A stretch of DNA of 64,000 nucleotides, taken from assembly GCA_964016885.1 (NCBI GenBank), contig OZ024740.1:75020001-75084000 (forward strand). The letters are read 5' to 3'. A model generated the notes under the pieces. The model was given only the letters and a program-made list of their open reading frames with translations, did no database searches and was not told the origin of the DNA. Below, piece after piece: positions 44,643 through 59,379 of the stretch. The stretch's first letter is position 1. Every line of letters starts with the position of its first letter. The position numbers and the translations under genes are program-made. This DNA comes from Eledone cirrhosa (Eukaryota).

Positions 44643-45604
44643 TTAATATTTTTTTAAGGCAACGCTTGTAATAACTCTAGTTAAACATGATATACATTAA
44701 TAATAAATTATCGTTGTAATGTAATTAGATTATATAGTTGTTATTTTATAAATGATCTTATAAATATTATTGTAAGATGTATAAAAATATTTTCAGACTT
44801 TAATATAAACAACTACAAAAAACAATCAATATTAAATAAATATATTTTACATAATAATTGTTATAGTTGAATTAATAAAAATTAAATATTACATACAAAT
44901 AATCTAACATAATAATAATAAAATAATCTAACATAAAACGAACAATAATATGGACAAATATACAAGTAAATATGATACAACCAATATTATAAGCATGTTA
45001 TAACGAACTGAAAAAAAAAATAGTTAATATAAATTAAAAAAATCATATATAAATTAACAATATAACTTAGCAAAACGAGAAAAATATTTTGATGTTAAAC
45101 GACGAAATACAGGAGGAAGATTTGAAAGCGAAACGATAAATAAACGTGCAAACAAAGTGGCGGATGCTTTTGAGCAAAAATTACTCTCATTGGTTGATTA
45201 GCCATTAAGACGATGAAATTAGCCAATAAGACGATACATTACAAAAGATGTTTGGCAGGGATCGCCACAGCCAGCGAAACTCCTTGAATTTTTTTTATTC
45301 ACAAGCTACGCATATATGTCAGACATGCAGACTTAAAACACTCTGTTGTTAGTCACTGCGTGTCTAACATATATATATATATAAAAGGTAAACAGAAATA
45401 ACAACACCATCGGTACAGTATATGGAAGGTATATATTAGGTTAACGCTTGATATAGCAGGAAGAGGGCCTTACAGTTTCGGACGCTAGTCCTTCATCAGA
45501 AGAAACAACGAGAAATAAAATAGATTGAGGGGATGGGAAGGATGGAATTGGAAAAAATTCTTTAGATAAAAATAACAGGTCCATTCATGTTGACATCGCT
45601 TGCA

Positions 45605-47055
45605 AAACACACATAGGAATAATCAGGTTGTTATCAAAGTGCCAGAAGATTGACAACTCGATCCTAAATATGACTAATAGTTCTAGGAAAGCCATGAATG
45701 ACACCACAACTTTTTAACTTTGATTTTGAAAGTAGGTTTATAAGTATTCATTTTTATCATACTTTTGTATCTGATTCGGCGGCCTAGTTAGATGAATCAT
45801 AGACGGTGGTGATTTTTGTCTGAAGTTCGATTCTGGTCGGGAGTAGGGTTTCCGGTAAATCTTTTGAGTTTTTTCTAAGGGATGTAAAATATAAACTGAA
45901 AAACACTACATGTACCTCTAGACCAGGATTGAAGCCAAGAACTGGATCTCCACCGTCTCTAGTACCTACCACTAGACCACGACGAAAATCTGTTAAAAAT
46001 TCATACTTATAGACCAACTTTGAACATTTTCAAAACAAAATGATGTGGTGTCGTTCATGCCTTTCTTACTGTTATTGCTTCTACTTAAGGTCAATCTCTA
46101 AATAATTTGGGTGTTCCATGAACTACATCCTTGTTTTGTTTCTCTTCTATATAGACTATATTGTAACCTGTAATGCATGTTTCATTTCTGTTGCACCTTT
46201 TCTCACCCCCTCTCTTTTTCTCTCTGTAACATTTGAATCTACTATGATTTGGACTTACCTTATTCATATATATAAGTTTTTGCATGTCAGATTGAAACTT
46301 ACAATGATTGGCATTATATATATGTTCTTTGTTTGTTAAAATAATCAAATTAAATTAATTCAATAGTTAAACACACATAGGAATTATCAGGTTGTTACCA
46401 AAGAGCCAGAAGATTGACAAGTCGAACTTAAATATGACTAATAGCTCTAGCAAAGCCATGAATGACACCACAACGTTTTAACTTTGATTTTGAAAGTTGG
46501 TTTATAAGTATTAATTTTTATCACACTTTTGTAGCTGTTTCGGTGGCCTAGTTGGATGAATCATAGACGGTGGTGATTCTGGTCGGGAGTTGGGTTCCCG
46601 GTAAAACCTTTCACTTTTTTTAAGGGATGTAAAACAAAAACTGAAAAAAGATTACATGTACCTCTCGACCAGGATTGAACCCAAGACCAGGATGTCCACC
46701 GTCTCTAGTACCTGCCGCTAGTCCACATGTTATGAAAATTCATACTTATAAACCTACTTTCAACATTTTCAAAACAAAAAGAAGTGGTGTCGTTCATATC
46801 TTTCTTAATGTTTAAGGTTGACTTCTAAATCATTTGGGTGTTCCAGAAACTACATCCTTGTTTTGCTTCTCTTCTAGCTAGACTATATTTTAACCTTTAA
46901 TGCATGTTTCATTTCTGTTGCACCTCATTTCTCACCCCACTCTCTTTCTCTCTGTGATATTTGAATCTACTATGATTTGGGTTTACCTTATTCATATATA
47001 TATATATGATTTTGAATGACACTTAGATTCAAACGTACAATGATTGGCAATATAT
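45605..47055. repeat. Diverged tandem duplication of a ~760-bp unit
   Basis: 45605-46345 aligns with 46369-47055; each unit has internal imperfect inverted repeats. Confidence 0.85.
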
Positions 47056-47184
47056 ATATTTACACACATATATATATGGGAGTGCGTGTATATGTGTGCA
47101 AGTACATGTATATATGTATAGATTTATATATATATACATAGCATGTGTTAAGACTTGTACAAAATTCCCTAGGGATCTAATTGA

Positions 47185-47239
<55 letters not shown>

Positions 47240-47435
47240 GATGCGAGAAAAACCACAAACCCTGCATCTCAATTCTACCTTTGAAAAGCACAAGAACTGC
47301 GAAACCGGTAAAGAACCAAATAAATATATTTAAATGAAAAAAGACTCCAGTAGCATTTTCGATTTCATCCTTTTTCCTTATACTTTCACTCGTGTAGGAC
47401 ACCTTCTTTTTTTTCATTTTGTAAAAAAACCTCAC

Positions 47436-48045
<610 letters not shown>

Positions 48046-49922
48046 TTGGCTCGCGAGTTTCGTGGATGAAGGTCTGTCCGGGTGCGTAAAGGTCGACCGG
48101 TGGTTCAGGAAGCGTTCCTTAAATCGGCCCTCCGCCATACCCACATAGAATTTGACCTCCTGTGGTTGATTTGGTCGGTTGGAAGTGACCACAGCTTCAT
48201 AAACTACAGCGGGTAAGTTGCATTGCTGTTGAAGGGGACAAGCTTCGGGCTTACGGAAAGAGTACCCTGGTGGGGTGTTGCTCTTAGGGCTGTTGGTGAT
48301 GTGGGCCTTCATGTTTTAGCGCAGGAGTATCCTAGTTTTACTTTGCGTCGGTTAAAGATGGAGCGGTATTTATGACCTATGGGAAAGTGTTTATCTAAGA
48401 GGGCTAGAAATCTTTTGCCTACATTGGTTTTAACGTTGAGTGAGAAGGGAGGAGAGAACTAGATAGTTTGTCTATTGTTACGCTTTCTTTTCTTGTTGCT
48501 GTTGTTGCTAGTGGGCGAGTAAGTGATAGGTTGCGAGAAGCCGCTGTTAGTTAACGCCGTGTTATAGTAGGGTGCCGCCCTGTCAAAGATAGCCTTTTTA
48601 GAGGAGAGGTTTGAGATTCTAGTACTGATATTATTTACGAAGTTTCTAAAAACAGTGGGAGGGTGGCATGAGTCCTTGTGAATGTAATTGAGTTTTTCGT
48701 TTAGCTTATGGAAGGGTCTGTAGGTGCGTGTGCGAAGGTCTAAATTAATGTCTAAGAAATCTACGCTAGAGAGGTTGGTAGCTACTGTTATCCTAAGTCC
48801 TAACTCATTGAAGGTAGAAGCTAAGTCTTTTTTAAACCGGTCGAGGTCGTGACCACTTTTGTGGCTCGATAAGGTCAGTCCATCGTCTCGGTATATTCCC
48901 GTGTGGAAGTCCGGGAATCTAACACGTAATATGTCTAAAATAAATAGGCCAACCAAGTCGCATACGTCAGCACTGTCAAACGATCCCATGGAGACATCGA
49001 ATAGGTCTGAAGTTGTATACTTCTTTGCCCAGGCCACTCCGTCGTTGAAGAGGAGGCTTTTCCGGCAGTGAGCAATGATTTCCCTGTCTAAACCATCGAT
49101 GGTAGTGTAAGTGGTAGCAAAGTCCAACGCTTTGTTTAACAGGGTCTCTGAGATCGACGGGTAAAAATCAACTATGTAAAACTGTGTGAACTTCGCTTTT
49201 TTGGATTTGAAGGAGTTAAACCACTTAATTACGGAGTCGCTGTTCTCCCACTGGGGCAGGTTGGACTTGGTCCTAATGGTCTTAACTATGTTTCTAAGTA
49301 TGGCCTTACTGACTAGTCCCATATCTGTGCGTGCCGGGTTTATTAGTCTACATGTGAGGTTAGAAGTAAAGTCTACCTTGTGATCTTTCAGGGCGAGGAA
49401 CGCCTCCCGCGTAGCTAGAGATTGTAGTTTCTTATCTACCTTAAGGGCGGTGGCAAGTTCCTTGGCTTCTGTATTAATGTCGTGGTAGGCCATAGGGTTA
49501 GCTTTCTTATATTTGGAAGTAATAGCGTTATGGGCCAGGTGGCGGAAAGTGGTATTGTCCACTTCGTAAATATTATTAGTTTTGTCGGAAAGAACGGAAG
49601 TGTTATTAGAAGACCTAAATTTCTTAATATCATTTCTAAGTTTAGTTTGAAAGGTGTTAGGGTGTTTGCGAAAGGAAATGTTAGCGAATAAGTCAAGAAG
49701 GTCCGCCTCGAAAGGAGCAAGTTGAGTTACCTTATGAAGGCAGGCTCTCGATTTCAGGTTGAATGTGTTATTGGTGCCTGTAATTTTGCCGTCAAAAGCT
49801 AGGGCTCGCCAGCTTAAGCGTCTGACGACATCTTCCGCTTTTAGTAGGAGAAGCTTTTGGTAAACATGGTTGGAGGAAGTGGGAATGTTCTTCAGGGAGT
49901 AATCCAGTTCGTATAAATCCAT
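48046..49922 (-). pseudogene. Penelope-like retroelement ORF: RT plus C-terminal GIY-YIG endonuclease (probably Hydra-clade), decayed
   Basis: YSLKNIP, CRLINPA, IVDFYPSI, FDVSMGSFD, YRDDGL, VDFLDI, then I*FSPPFS...NVGKRFL...HFP...[13 protein letters not shown] and CPLQQQC...VVYEA...KFYVG...FKERFLNH. Premature TAG at 48459-48461, frameshift near 48315, endonuclease end truncated. Confidence 0.9.
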
Positions 49923-50282
49923 ACTGACGTTGATGAGACACAAAATTGTGTAGGGATATAGAGACCGCTCTCAGGGTAGGAAGCCAAACTTGCACGTGGT
50001 GAAGAATCTGCTAAAAGCCAAACTTCTACGTAGTGAAGAGAATCTGCTGACCGTTGCTGGAGACGTATATAGTGGTAGAACACTGGAAGGTAATATCCGT
50101 AGTGGTAGAGCACTCAGTTCATGGGACGAGTTAGGTAGAAGTAGTTACACAACAGTTAGTTCACCATACCGAGAACAATTGTTTCACCTTAGCGGATCCT
50201 CAGCTCGTAATGGAGATGGTTATACGGAACAGGAAGGACAACCGTACGAACGCGCATGCGTACCATGATATATATATATATA

Positions 50283-50897
50283 TGGAATAAATGAAACGAA
50301 ATTTCATTTCTCACTCTTAGTACGGCTGTTACTTGAATATAAGTATCTACACGTACATACATATATGTATACAGACGTACAGTAGTATGTATATATATAT
50401 ACATACATGCACACACACATATATATATATGTACGTATGGGTTTACCGAACATTTATTATAATGCTCGGTTTGATTGTAAACAAACAGCCCGAATTACGC
50501 CGTACAGTGTTTAGCAACCATCGTTGCCCTTTTGATCAACACTGACAAAGGAACGATGTACTAGTTTCAAGCTTATTAGCTATCGTCAGCATCGTATACC
50601 TTCCTGCCAGATGATTGAACGTCTGAAAGTATATACTTTCCTTATGCATATTAACGGCTGAGCAGCCTAATTTGCATATCGAGTGAGTTAGTCGGCCGGG
50701 CGCACCGAAAACGATAAATGGAATAAATGAAACGAAATTTCATTTCTCATTCTTAGTACGGCTGTTACTTAAATATAAGTATGTACACGTACATACATAT
50801 ATGTATACAGATGTAGAGTAGTATGTATATATATACAAACATGCACACATATATATATGTATATATATATGTAGCCGTTAATATGCATAAGGAAAGA
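50283..50897 (-). mobile_element. Family A, ~1.3 tandem units upstream of the PLE ORF; HHR at 50553-50595 (-)
   Basis: 50283-50716 is repeated from 50717. ACGATG-CTGACGA-TAGCTAATAAGCTT-GAAAC-TA-GTA-CATCGT. Confidence 0.85.
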
Positions 50898-50898
50898 T

Positions 50899-50952
<54 letters not shown>

Positions 50953-53019
50953 GTGTGTGTATTGGGTATATAATTGTCATATAATTGTCTGTGTAAATGC
51001 ATGTATTATGCCTACATATATTTCATTAACAAATTTGCTTATATATTAATGGAGTTGTAACCGCGATCGCAAGTAAAATGGCCCCTTAGTCGTATGATTT
51101 ACATCTTCGATCACGTGATCTGCCTTAACCAATAAGAACCGACCTCACTAACAAAGATGAGCTTTTACCAGCGACTCTCTCTATATAAACATATATGTGT
51201 TTGAATCTATTCATGAATCCTATCTGAAATTTAAATGATGTACAATACTTGTGTGAACATTTTAGTTATCCAGTAATGATTCCTAAACTATTTAATTATA
51301 CATTCACACTTACATACATAAGCAAGCATACATGGTCCCTAAATTCACGAGGGACTTGTAGGGGCGCCGTATTGACATATTGTCTTTCTAGAGCATTTTA
51401 AAACCTGCCCGAGCTGATCTGTCTAGGTATGAATACACTCGATTTCTTCCAGAGAAAAGAGAGAAGAGTAGGGAGTGAGAAAGAAATATAGACAACGAAT
51501 TGACACCATTACTAGACTGGTACATTTGTTAGAATGATAGAGAGTGAGAAAATTGAAGGGAGAAAGTGATATAGAGAAAAAATCGATTCCTATACTAGAC
51601 TGGTACATTTCTTAATTGATCAGCAATGGTTAAAAGGTAAAGTTGATTTCTGAGAGAGCAGAGAGTTGAAGCAAATACCACAAAGCATTATATTCAAGAT
51701 TCTGCCAATTAGCCTCCCTATACATGCATATATAAATTATATATTTCATACACACACACACTTATATATATGGTCCCGTAACTTCTGAGGGAGTTTTAGG
51801 GGCGCCGTAGAACATACGGCGTCTCGGGCATTTTAAAATTTGGCAGAGCCCATCTCCTCTCCATGTCTGAAATACATCAGATCCTTCCCAGAGAAGGATA
51901 GCGAATGGGAGAATGGAAGAGAGAAAGTTACATAGAAGAAGAATCGACTCCGGTATTAGACTGATACATCTTTTTATCGACCTCGAATGGTTGAAAGGCA
52001 AAGTGACCTCGGCAGTATTTAAACTGTGAGAGCAGAGAGCCGCCGGAACGAATATCGCAAAGCATTCTATCTGATGTTCTAACGGCTTTGCCAATTTGCC
52101 GCCTTGCACACACACACACACACACGCACACACACATATAAACAAAATTAACTCGGATATCAAGTTTTAAGACGCGAGTGAATTAGAATTCGTAGGAAAA
52201 TAGAAGAACTCGGCGTAAGGAAGTTGTTAAAACAGCAAAATGCCGTCGAAACGGCGTTGGGTGAAGGAGATATCTATTTATCTGTTGCTACGAACCACCT
52301 ATTCTGCGCAGTAATTCCAGATAAATCGTTGAAACTGCAGGTAGTCTGAAATCTGATGAGCGTATTTTTATGTTTGCGATCTCTTCTCATTCTATTTCTT
52401 CCTTCCTCTAATTTTTTCGAGTCAACTCACATCGAACTATTAATTTCTGTCCTTCGACGTCATTTCTAGCCTTCTATCGCGGATTGATACCATGCTTAAG
52501 GTGAGTTGTCTTTTCTTCCCTCTTCTTCTGTTCTTCGTTCTTTCTTTCTCTTCCTTCTCTCTTACTGCTCCTTTTCTTTCCCTCCCTCCCTTTACCTTCT
52601 TTCTTCCTCTCTCCTTTCTACAGGCCAGTTCCGCTTACAGTGCTGTTCTTCCTTTCTCGCGACGACTTGAGGTAAATTGGACTTACTCCATTTTTCTCTC
52701 TCTCTCCGACCCGTCCCAACACAAACATTATACCAACGAAGATATTTATTTCTCCGTTGCTGTGAGCCACCTATTCTTCGCAGTAATTTCAGGTAAATCG
52801 TTGAAACTGCAGGTGGTCTGAAATCTGATGAGCATATTTTAATGTTTGTGATCTCTTCTCATCCACTCTATTTCTCCCTTCCTATCATTTCTTCGAGTCA
52901 ACTCACATCGAGCCGCTGATTTCGAGGTAATGTTTTACCCAATGCTACTCCGACGTCATTTTGCTGTTTTAACAGCTTCCTGGCGTCGACTTTTGCAATT
53001 TTCCTACGAATATATATAT

Positions 53020-53412
53020 ATACAGGGAGTGTAGGTTCACCGGGTGAGCACTCCATGTTTAGGTTCACTTCAGTGTCGAGGTGTAGAGCTAGACAGAGTG
53101 TATTATAGTGAAAAGATAACAAGGACGATTGGTTACTCCTTCATTACATTTATTGGTTGGTAACGTGCGTTTCGCCACTGATCAGCTCAAGGTTCGATCT
53201 GTATCGATCTTACCCGACTTTGTAATCCGCGGCTCGTCGGACCCCTTGTAATGTTAGTAGAATATTTTCTACTAACATTACAAGGGGTCCGACGAGCCGC
53301 GGATTACAAAGTCGGGTCAGATCGAACCTTGAGCTGATCAGTGGCGAAACGCGCGTCACCAACCAATAAATGTAATGAAGGAGTAACCAAACGTCCTTGT
53401 TATCTTTTCACT
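53020..53412. mobile_element. Fold-back element with variant HHR at 53286-53360 (+)
   Basis: Palindrome 53105-53412. GGT-CCGACGA-GCCGC...GTGGC-GAAAC-GCGC-GTC-ACC, then AATAAA. Diverged relative at ~14990-15125. Confidence 0.75.
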
Positions 53413-53436
53413 ATATATATATATATATATCTGTAG

Positions 53437-53511
<75 letters not shown>

Positions 53512-53821
53512 AAAAAACCACACACGTGAAAGTCGATTAAATCAAATGCCGCCTGTGCTTGAAGCTTTTTAAGTAAAGAAAGGCCTTGCGCTGGACTAAT
53601 CCCACTCGCTGAAAAACGGTGACAGGTATCCAATAATACAGGTGAATATCATTGACTGACATCGAGTTGCAGATTTTACATCAGCGTTTCCCTTCTACTA
53701 GAAGGAAGTCCTAACAAGAACTACAGGTCTCTCATTCCTGGTGGGCTAACCACGCGTTCGGGCACTTAACCAAGTATTTCATCGACCCCGTAAATATACA
53801 TACAGATAAACACATGAAAAA

Positions 53822-54011
53822 AATATGCGTGTGTGTGTATACATAGGCACTCACACATGTACAGATATATATAACACGCCTGGAAATATGCGTGTGTGTG
53901 TATACATAGGCACTCACACATGTACAGATATATATAACACGCCTGGAAATATGCGTGTGTGTGTATACATAGGCACTCACACATGTACAGATATATATAA
54001 CACGCCTGGAA
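53822..54011. repeat. 63-bp unit, three tandem copies
   Basis: Direct reading. Confidence 0.9.
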
Positions 54012-54719
54012 AGCTTGTTATAGAAAGCAAGAAATAATTAATCAGTGGAGTACATTTCTCACTATTTCATATAAGAGTACCCTAGTTTCAGCAACAAAGA
54101 ACCAGCCACACCACATCCCATTCCATTGGACATACTCGCCTCATTTAGCCACACGTAGTTTCTAATACATTCGCATACACACATACACGCACAAACACAC
54201 ACACATACAGAGAGGCACGCTCGCAAACAGATCACACATAAATATATCCGTGTATGTATACACCCATATCAAATTGCTTATATATATACATATAATATTT
54301 TTTCCTACTCCAGAAACTGATATATCCAATGTTTTACATCTGGATACAGAGAAATACCCCTCCCCCAGCACCACTGCTGCCCCCTCTCTCTCTCTCTTTA
54401 TCTCTCTCTCTCTTTCTCTATCTCTTTCTTCAAATTATCCACAGATTCACGTGCATACATAAGCACGCACACACATATATATGCATAGATACATATATAG
54501 ACACATATATATGCATATATATGTGTATATATTTATATATATATATACACACACAAGCATACATACACACACACACACACACGTATATATATATATGTAT
54601 ATGACTGATAAGAAAGTGTTACACTGTGGTAGATATATATAAAGGGCAAAGGATGACAAATAAAACAAAACAAATAATGTTTTTACCTAGTATATTTCAA
54701 CATAATATTTCAGGGCTAT

Positions 54720-55140
54720 AACTAGTTAGGGTAGTGTAATAGTAGTAGACAATAGAAAATAGTAACCTAAGTAAACGTGAAAGAACAGCCGAACTGCCAC
54801 TGTCATCGCCTCCATCTCTCCGTATGGTGAGCAAATGGAGTCCCATGTACTGGCCTCCCCACAGCCTCGGCGGACAGAATCGAGAAAGCGTTTCCCTGGA
54901 GGATGTTAAGGGAGATGCGCTGGAATAGCTATTCCAGCTCGCGAGGCTCACACCTGTGGCTAGTCAGCTCAGTGACTATGGTGGTGAGTAGGGAGGTAGC
55001 CCTAGGTCGAAGGACATCAGAAGTCTCCACTGCCAAGGGCACGACCGCCAACCTGTCGGAGATCGACCGGTACTTGGAGAGTTTCGCCTCCTCAGCCCGA
55101 CGTGCAGCAGAACCTGGGTTAGTCGCAGACTGCACCAGGT
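54720..55140 (-). mobile_element. CRE-like non-LTR 3' fragment
   Basis: GSAARRAEEAKLSKYRSISDRLAVVPLAVETS...LFQRISLNILQGNA; homologous to 3994-4385. Confidence 0.7.
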
Positions 55141-55198
55141 TGCGGCATTGTACAGCTTTTCAGAAACTTATTAATTTATTATATATCTCACAATGCTT

Positions 55199-55263
<65 letters not shown>

Positions 55264-55839
55264 TAGAATTGGTGCTCTGAAATAGCGATATATATATGAA
55301 TGTACATACAGTGTATTTTGCAATATACTGTATGCTTAATTAAAAGCATTTCGAAGACCTTACGAAAGAGAGCTCTGTCAGCTTTATCTCCCTTGTTTGC
55401 TGAAAATTTAAAATAAGTGAGACTGTCACTACTCTAAAACAATAGCGTAAGGTCTTCGAAATGCTTTTAATTAAGCATACAGTTTATTGCAAAATACACT
55501 GTATGTACATTCATATATATATCGCTATTTCAGAGCACCAATTCCAATTTTCAATTTCTGCTTGACCGGCAACCGCTCTGTATAATCAGTTCCTGATTAT
55601 TACTAGAATTCTATAAGAATCCAACATTCATGATTTTCAGCAAACAGGTGGAGTACTTAGCTTTGATAAGTACGAAAAAGTACGAAACAGAGCTCTGTCA
55701 GCTTTATCTCCCTTGTTTGCTGAAAATTTAAAGTAAGTGAGACTGTCACTACTCTAAAACAATAGCGTAAGGTCTTCGAAATGCTTTTAATTAAGCATAC
55801 AGTGTATTGCAAAATATACATTTATATATATATATATAT

Positions 55840-56247
55840 AATTGGTGGTGGATGTTTATAACGTCCGTATACGGTAGGCCGTTTTAGCACTCGATGCTCT
55901 CATAGAGCAGAGTATGCTATCACAGAAAAAAAGAGAATCAGTGTTGCGACGAATGGAATTTATTGGACATATTACAATCGTTCCTCTGGCGACCAGCTCG
56001 AGGCACGATTGATGTGATGATCGAACCTGACTCTGAAAATCGCAAGGTCCTCAGATACGTCTTGATTCTACGAAGCAGATTTTCCTAATGATTCGTAGAA
56101 TCAAGACGTATCTGAGAACCTTGCGATTTTCAAAGTCAGGTTCGAATATCACATCGATCGTGCCTCGAGCTGGTCGCCAGAGAAACGATTGTAATATGTC
56201 CAATAAATTCCATTCGTCGCAACACTGATTCTCTTTTTTTCTGTGAT
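55840..56247. mobile_element. Second family F fold-back
   Basis: Same arms, ends and inversion centre as 27494-27912. Confidence 0.8.
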
Positions 56248-56354
56248 ATATATATATATATATGTATGTAAAAGGTAAACAGAAATAACAACACAATCGG
56301 TACAGTATATGGAAGGTATATATTAGGTTAACGCTTGATATAGCAGGAAGAGGG

Positions 56355-56390
56355 TCTTAACGTTTCGGACGCTAGTCCTTCATCAGAAGA
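56355..56390 (-). ncRNA. Minimal hammerhead ribozyme (family B)
   Basis: TCTT-CTGATGA-AGGAC-TAGC-GTCC-GAAAC-GTT-AAGA. The copy at 45467-45503 has GAAAC-T-GTA. Confidence 0.7.
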
Positions 56391-56457
56391 AAGAACGAGA
56401 AATAAAATAGATCGAGGGGATATATATATATATGTATATATCCCCTCGATCTATTTT

Positions 56458-56496
<39 letters not shown>

Positions 56497-57004
56497 GCGC
56501 GTGTGTGTGGTAGAAGCTGAAGCTTTTTAGTTTGAAGCTCTGAGCTTTGTGTAAACTATATATAAACGCTTGAAGCAGTAGACTATATATAAACAAATAT
56601 ATTCGCGAAAATATCGAATAAGATTAGTCAGGATTTTATTACAATTTGATTGTTTTTCACTTCTCCACAAAAATAAAAATAAGAAAACATTATAAAATGT
56701 GCAGCGATTCAATTGTCATGCACATAACACATAATATTTTCCCATAGTCACGTGCAAAGTACATGATAAATTTATTTCATTAGTATGTTATGTGTAAAAC
56801 ACGGAAATAAGGGAACCGGACAATGGAAACTGAAATGTTAGTGTTGCTGAATGATATTTAAAATTATATGTCTAGTTTGATAAATCCTTTAGGAAATAAA
56901 ATATTTTGACCAGTTGGTAATCCTATTTATAATATATATATATATATACTAAAAAAATATTTTGACCAGTTGGTAATCCTATATATATATATATATACAC
57001 ACTA

Positions 57005-57130
57005 TGTGAAGGCGTGTGGCTGAGTGGTTAGAGAATTTCATTCGCAATCGTAAGGTTGTGAGTTCGATTCCTAGACCAGGCGATGCGTTATGTCCTTGAG
57101 TAAGACACTTTATTTTCACGTTGCTCCTTC
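57005..57130 (+). mobile_element. Second tRNA-derived SINE family, 5' part
   Basis: A box TGGCTGAGTGG, B box GAGTTCGATTCC, then TGTCCTTGAGTAAGACACTT. Confidence 0.65.
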
Positions 57131-57627
57131 TACCTGGAGTTGCGACCGATAGATAGTATTAGCAATTGGAAAGACCAACGGAAACATTGTTCCCTCGGTC
57201 CGATTTGACGAAAGTCGATCGTTCCTTTTATATATACTATTTTTCACTGGGAAAAATTTGTCACCATTTTCTTTTCCTTTTACAATTATATATATATATA
57301 TATATATATATAAGAGAGTATTGAAGTTTGCTTGAAGCATTGTGGAATAATAAAAAAAATTGGCCGTTTTGGAAGCCTCAACAATGCAGATGGGTAAATC
57401 TGACCTGTGCTATCACAAAAAAAATCTGGTCTGGGGATCAGGCAGATCTGGAATCTGGTCTGGAATATTAACCCGGATCATGAGCCGACTGTTTGTGAAA
57501 CAATTGTAATCAGGACTGATCAATAATTTCTTGATGTGACACCTCCACTTTATTCCAATATATATATATATTGAGGAACTATGACATTCTATTATAGTAT
57601 TTTTTCAATTGTGAATAAAAGAGCGAA

Positions 57628-57691
<64 letters not shown>

Positions 57692-58044
57692 TTCGCTTTT
57701 TTATTCACAATTGAAAAAATACTATAATAGAATGTCATAGTTCCTCAAGAGACTAAGAACACACTTATTGAAAACATTAGTGTAGGGAAAGATGTGTTCA
57801 ACAACAGACCAATTGATTGTATATTTACTAACATTCTTTGCTGAACACTTTAAAATCTGCCATATCTTTTCAGCTCTTTTAATCTCGTCCGTAGAAAGTC
57901 ATCTTGAATAATAATTCTGAGTTTCACGTCAATGAATATTGAAATGATTGAAACAAGGTTACAGTGAGAAAATATATAGGCAAAATATTTGCAGACGTCA
58001 ATGTTTTTTTTAAATATTAGTTTATCAACCTATATTATCTTTTA

Positions 58045-58234
58045 AGGCGGTGAATTGGCAGTATCGGTAGAGGGTTGGACGCCATGCTTTCTAGCATAGT
58101 TACGTCCCTTTACGGTCTGAGTTCAAATCCCGCCAAGGTTAACTTTGCCTTTCATCCTTACGGGGTCGATAAAATAAAGTACCAGTAATGTACTGGTTAA
58201 TTGATGGCCTTGTGCCTAAAGTAGAAACAATTAT
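58045..58234 (+). mobile_element. Full-length Meta-domain SINE
   Basis: Complete consensus; TSD ATTATCTTTT(T)AAG. Confidence 0.85.
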
Positions 58235-59379
58235 CTTTTAAGATAATAGTGAAATGGGAAGCTATATCGTGCTTACTAAAAATCCCTTTTAAAGTAATGT
58301 TATTCGTATTCATTCAGTTACTCAGAATTACTACGATTGATAGTAAAAAGATGTTTCGTGATGTTGATAGCTCACTGTACTTCATAACAGTTATGCGGGT
58401 TTGCATCATCCCGAATATGACATAGAAGCTTGTTCACGTCTTAAGCGAAACTTTATAAATGATTATGGCAATAGAAAACTTGTCTCATGTAGAACAGCCA
58501 GGGGATTGTTGGCAAGCACATCACTACGAGAAATGACACGGTTTAAAAGATAATAAAATATATATGATACAAAAGTATAAGATATATAAGATAAAGAAAG
58601 TATAAAAAAAAACGATATGTCAGAAAGTTATAATGATAAAGAAATATATTAAGAAAAAAAGGGTTAAGCGTCAAAAACGGGAATACAATAATTATTCAAA
58701 TGTATGAAGATGTGTATAAAATGTCAAAACAGTCAAAAATGTTCAAACACCGAATGTAAAGGAACGTGAGACTGCTGCCTCATTATTGGGCTAACTACAT
58801 TTGAATGGAGTGTTGTCTACTTAGACTCTAGTAAAACATTGTCGCTCACTGTCGATTGTCTACAGATGGAGGTTATTATGTCAAAGATTATATTGGCTTA
58901 ACTACTTCTATATTAGAAGAAAATCTATCTGGATCAAATGGATTTTTTTTTTTAAAGATTCGTCTATTTAAACGGTCGCTTTAATTTGATTGTGTCGATC
59001 AAAGTGATAAGACAGATACAATAGTATATAAGTATATAAAGAAACAAGGATCCCTGAGATTACAATATAATATAAAGGAATATAATATATATATATCTAA
59101 GTTTACGAGAGAGTGTGGTGTTATAAGTTAATAGTGGAGGAGAAAGTCAGAAGTGGCAGATAATCAGATGGTAAATTACTACAGGCGGATAGACCCTATC
59201 ACTGATTTGAAATGTTGAAAGGCTTAATTTATTGTGTAATATAGTTGAATTAAATCTATGGTTGTGGTTGTATTTCTCTTCTTATTCTTAAAATTAAAGT
59301 GTTTTTCTATTACAATAATTCTACTTTGGAGACTTTACCCTTATATATTGTTTAGTGCTACGTTAGTATAGGTAAACAC

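Noticed and set aside
48046-48461. Selenocysteine or programmed read-through in the PLE ORF
   Set aside because: The stop is TAG at an expected Trp, not TGA at a Cys, and a frameshift follows; ordinary decay explains it.
52350-52835. CTGATGA at ~52353 and ~52825 as hammerheads (also ~2305, ~35819)
   Set aside because: No correctly placed stem II, GAAA and NUH downstream.
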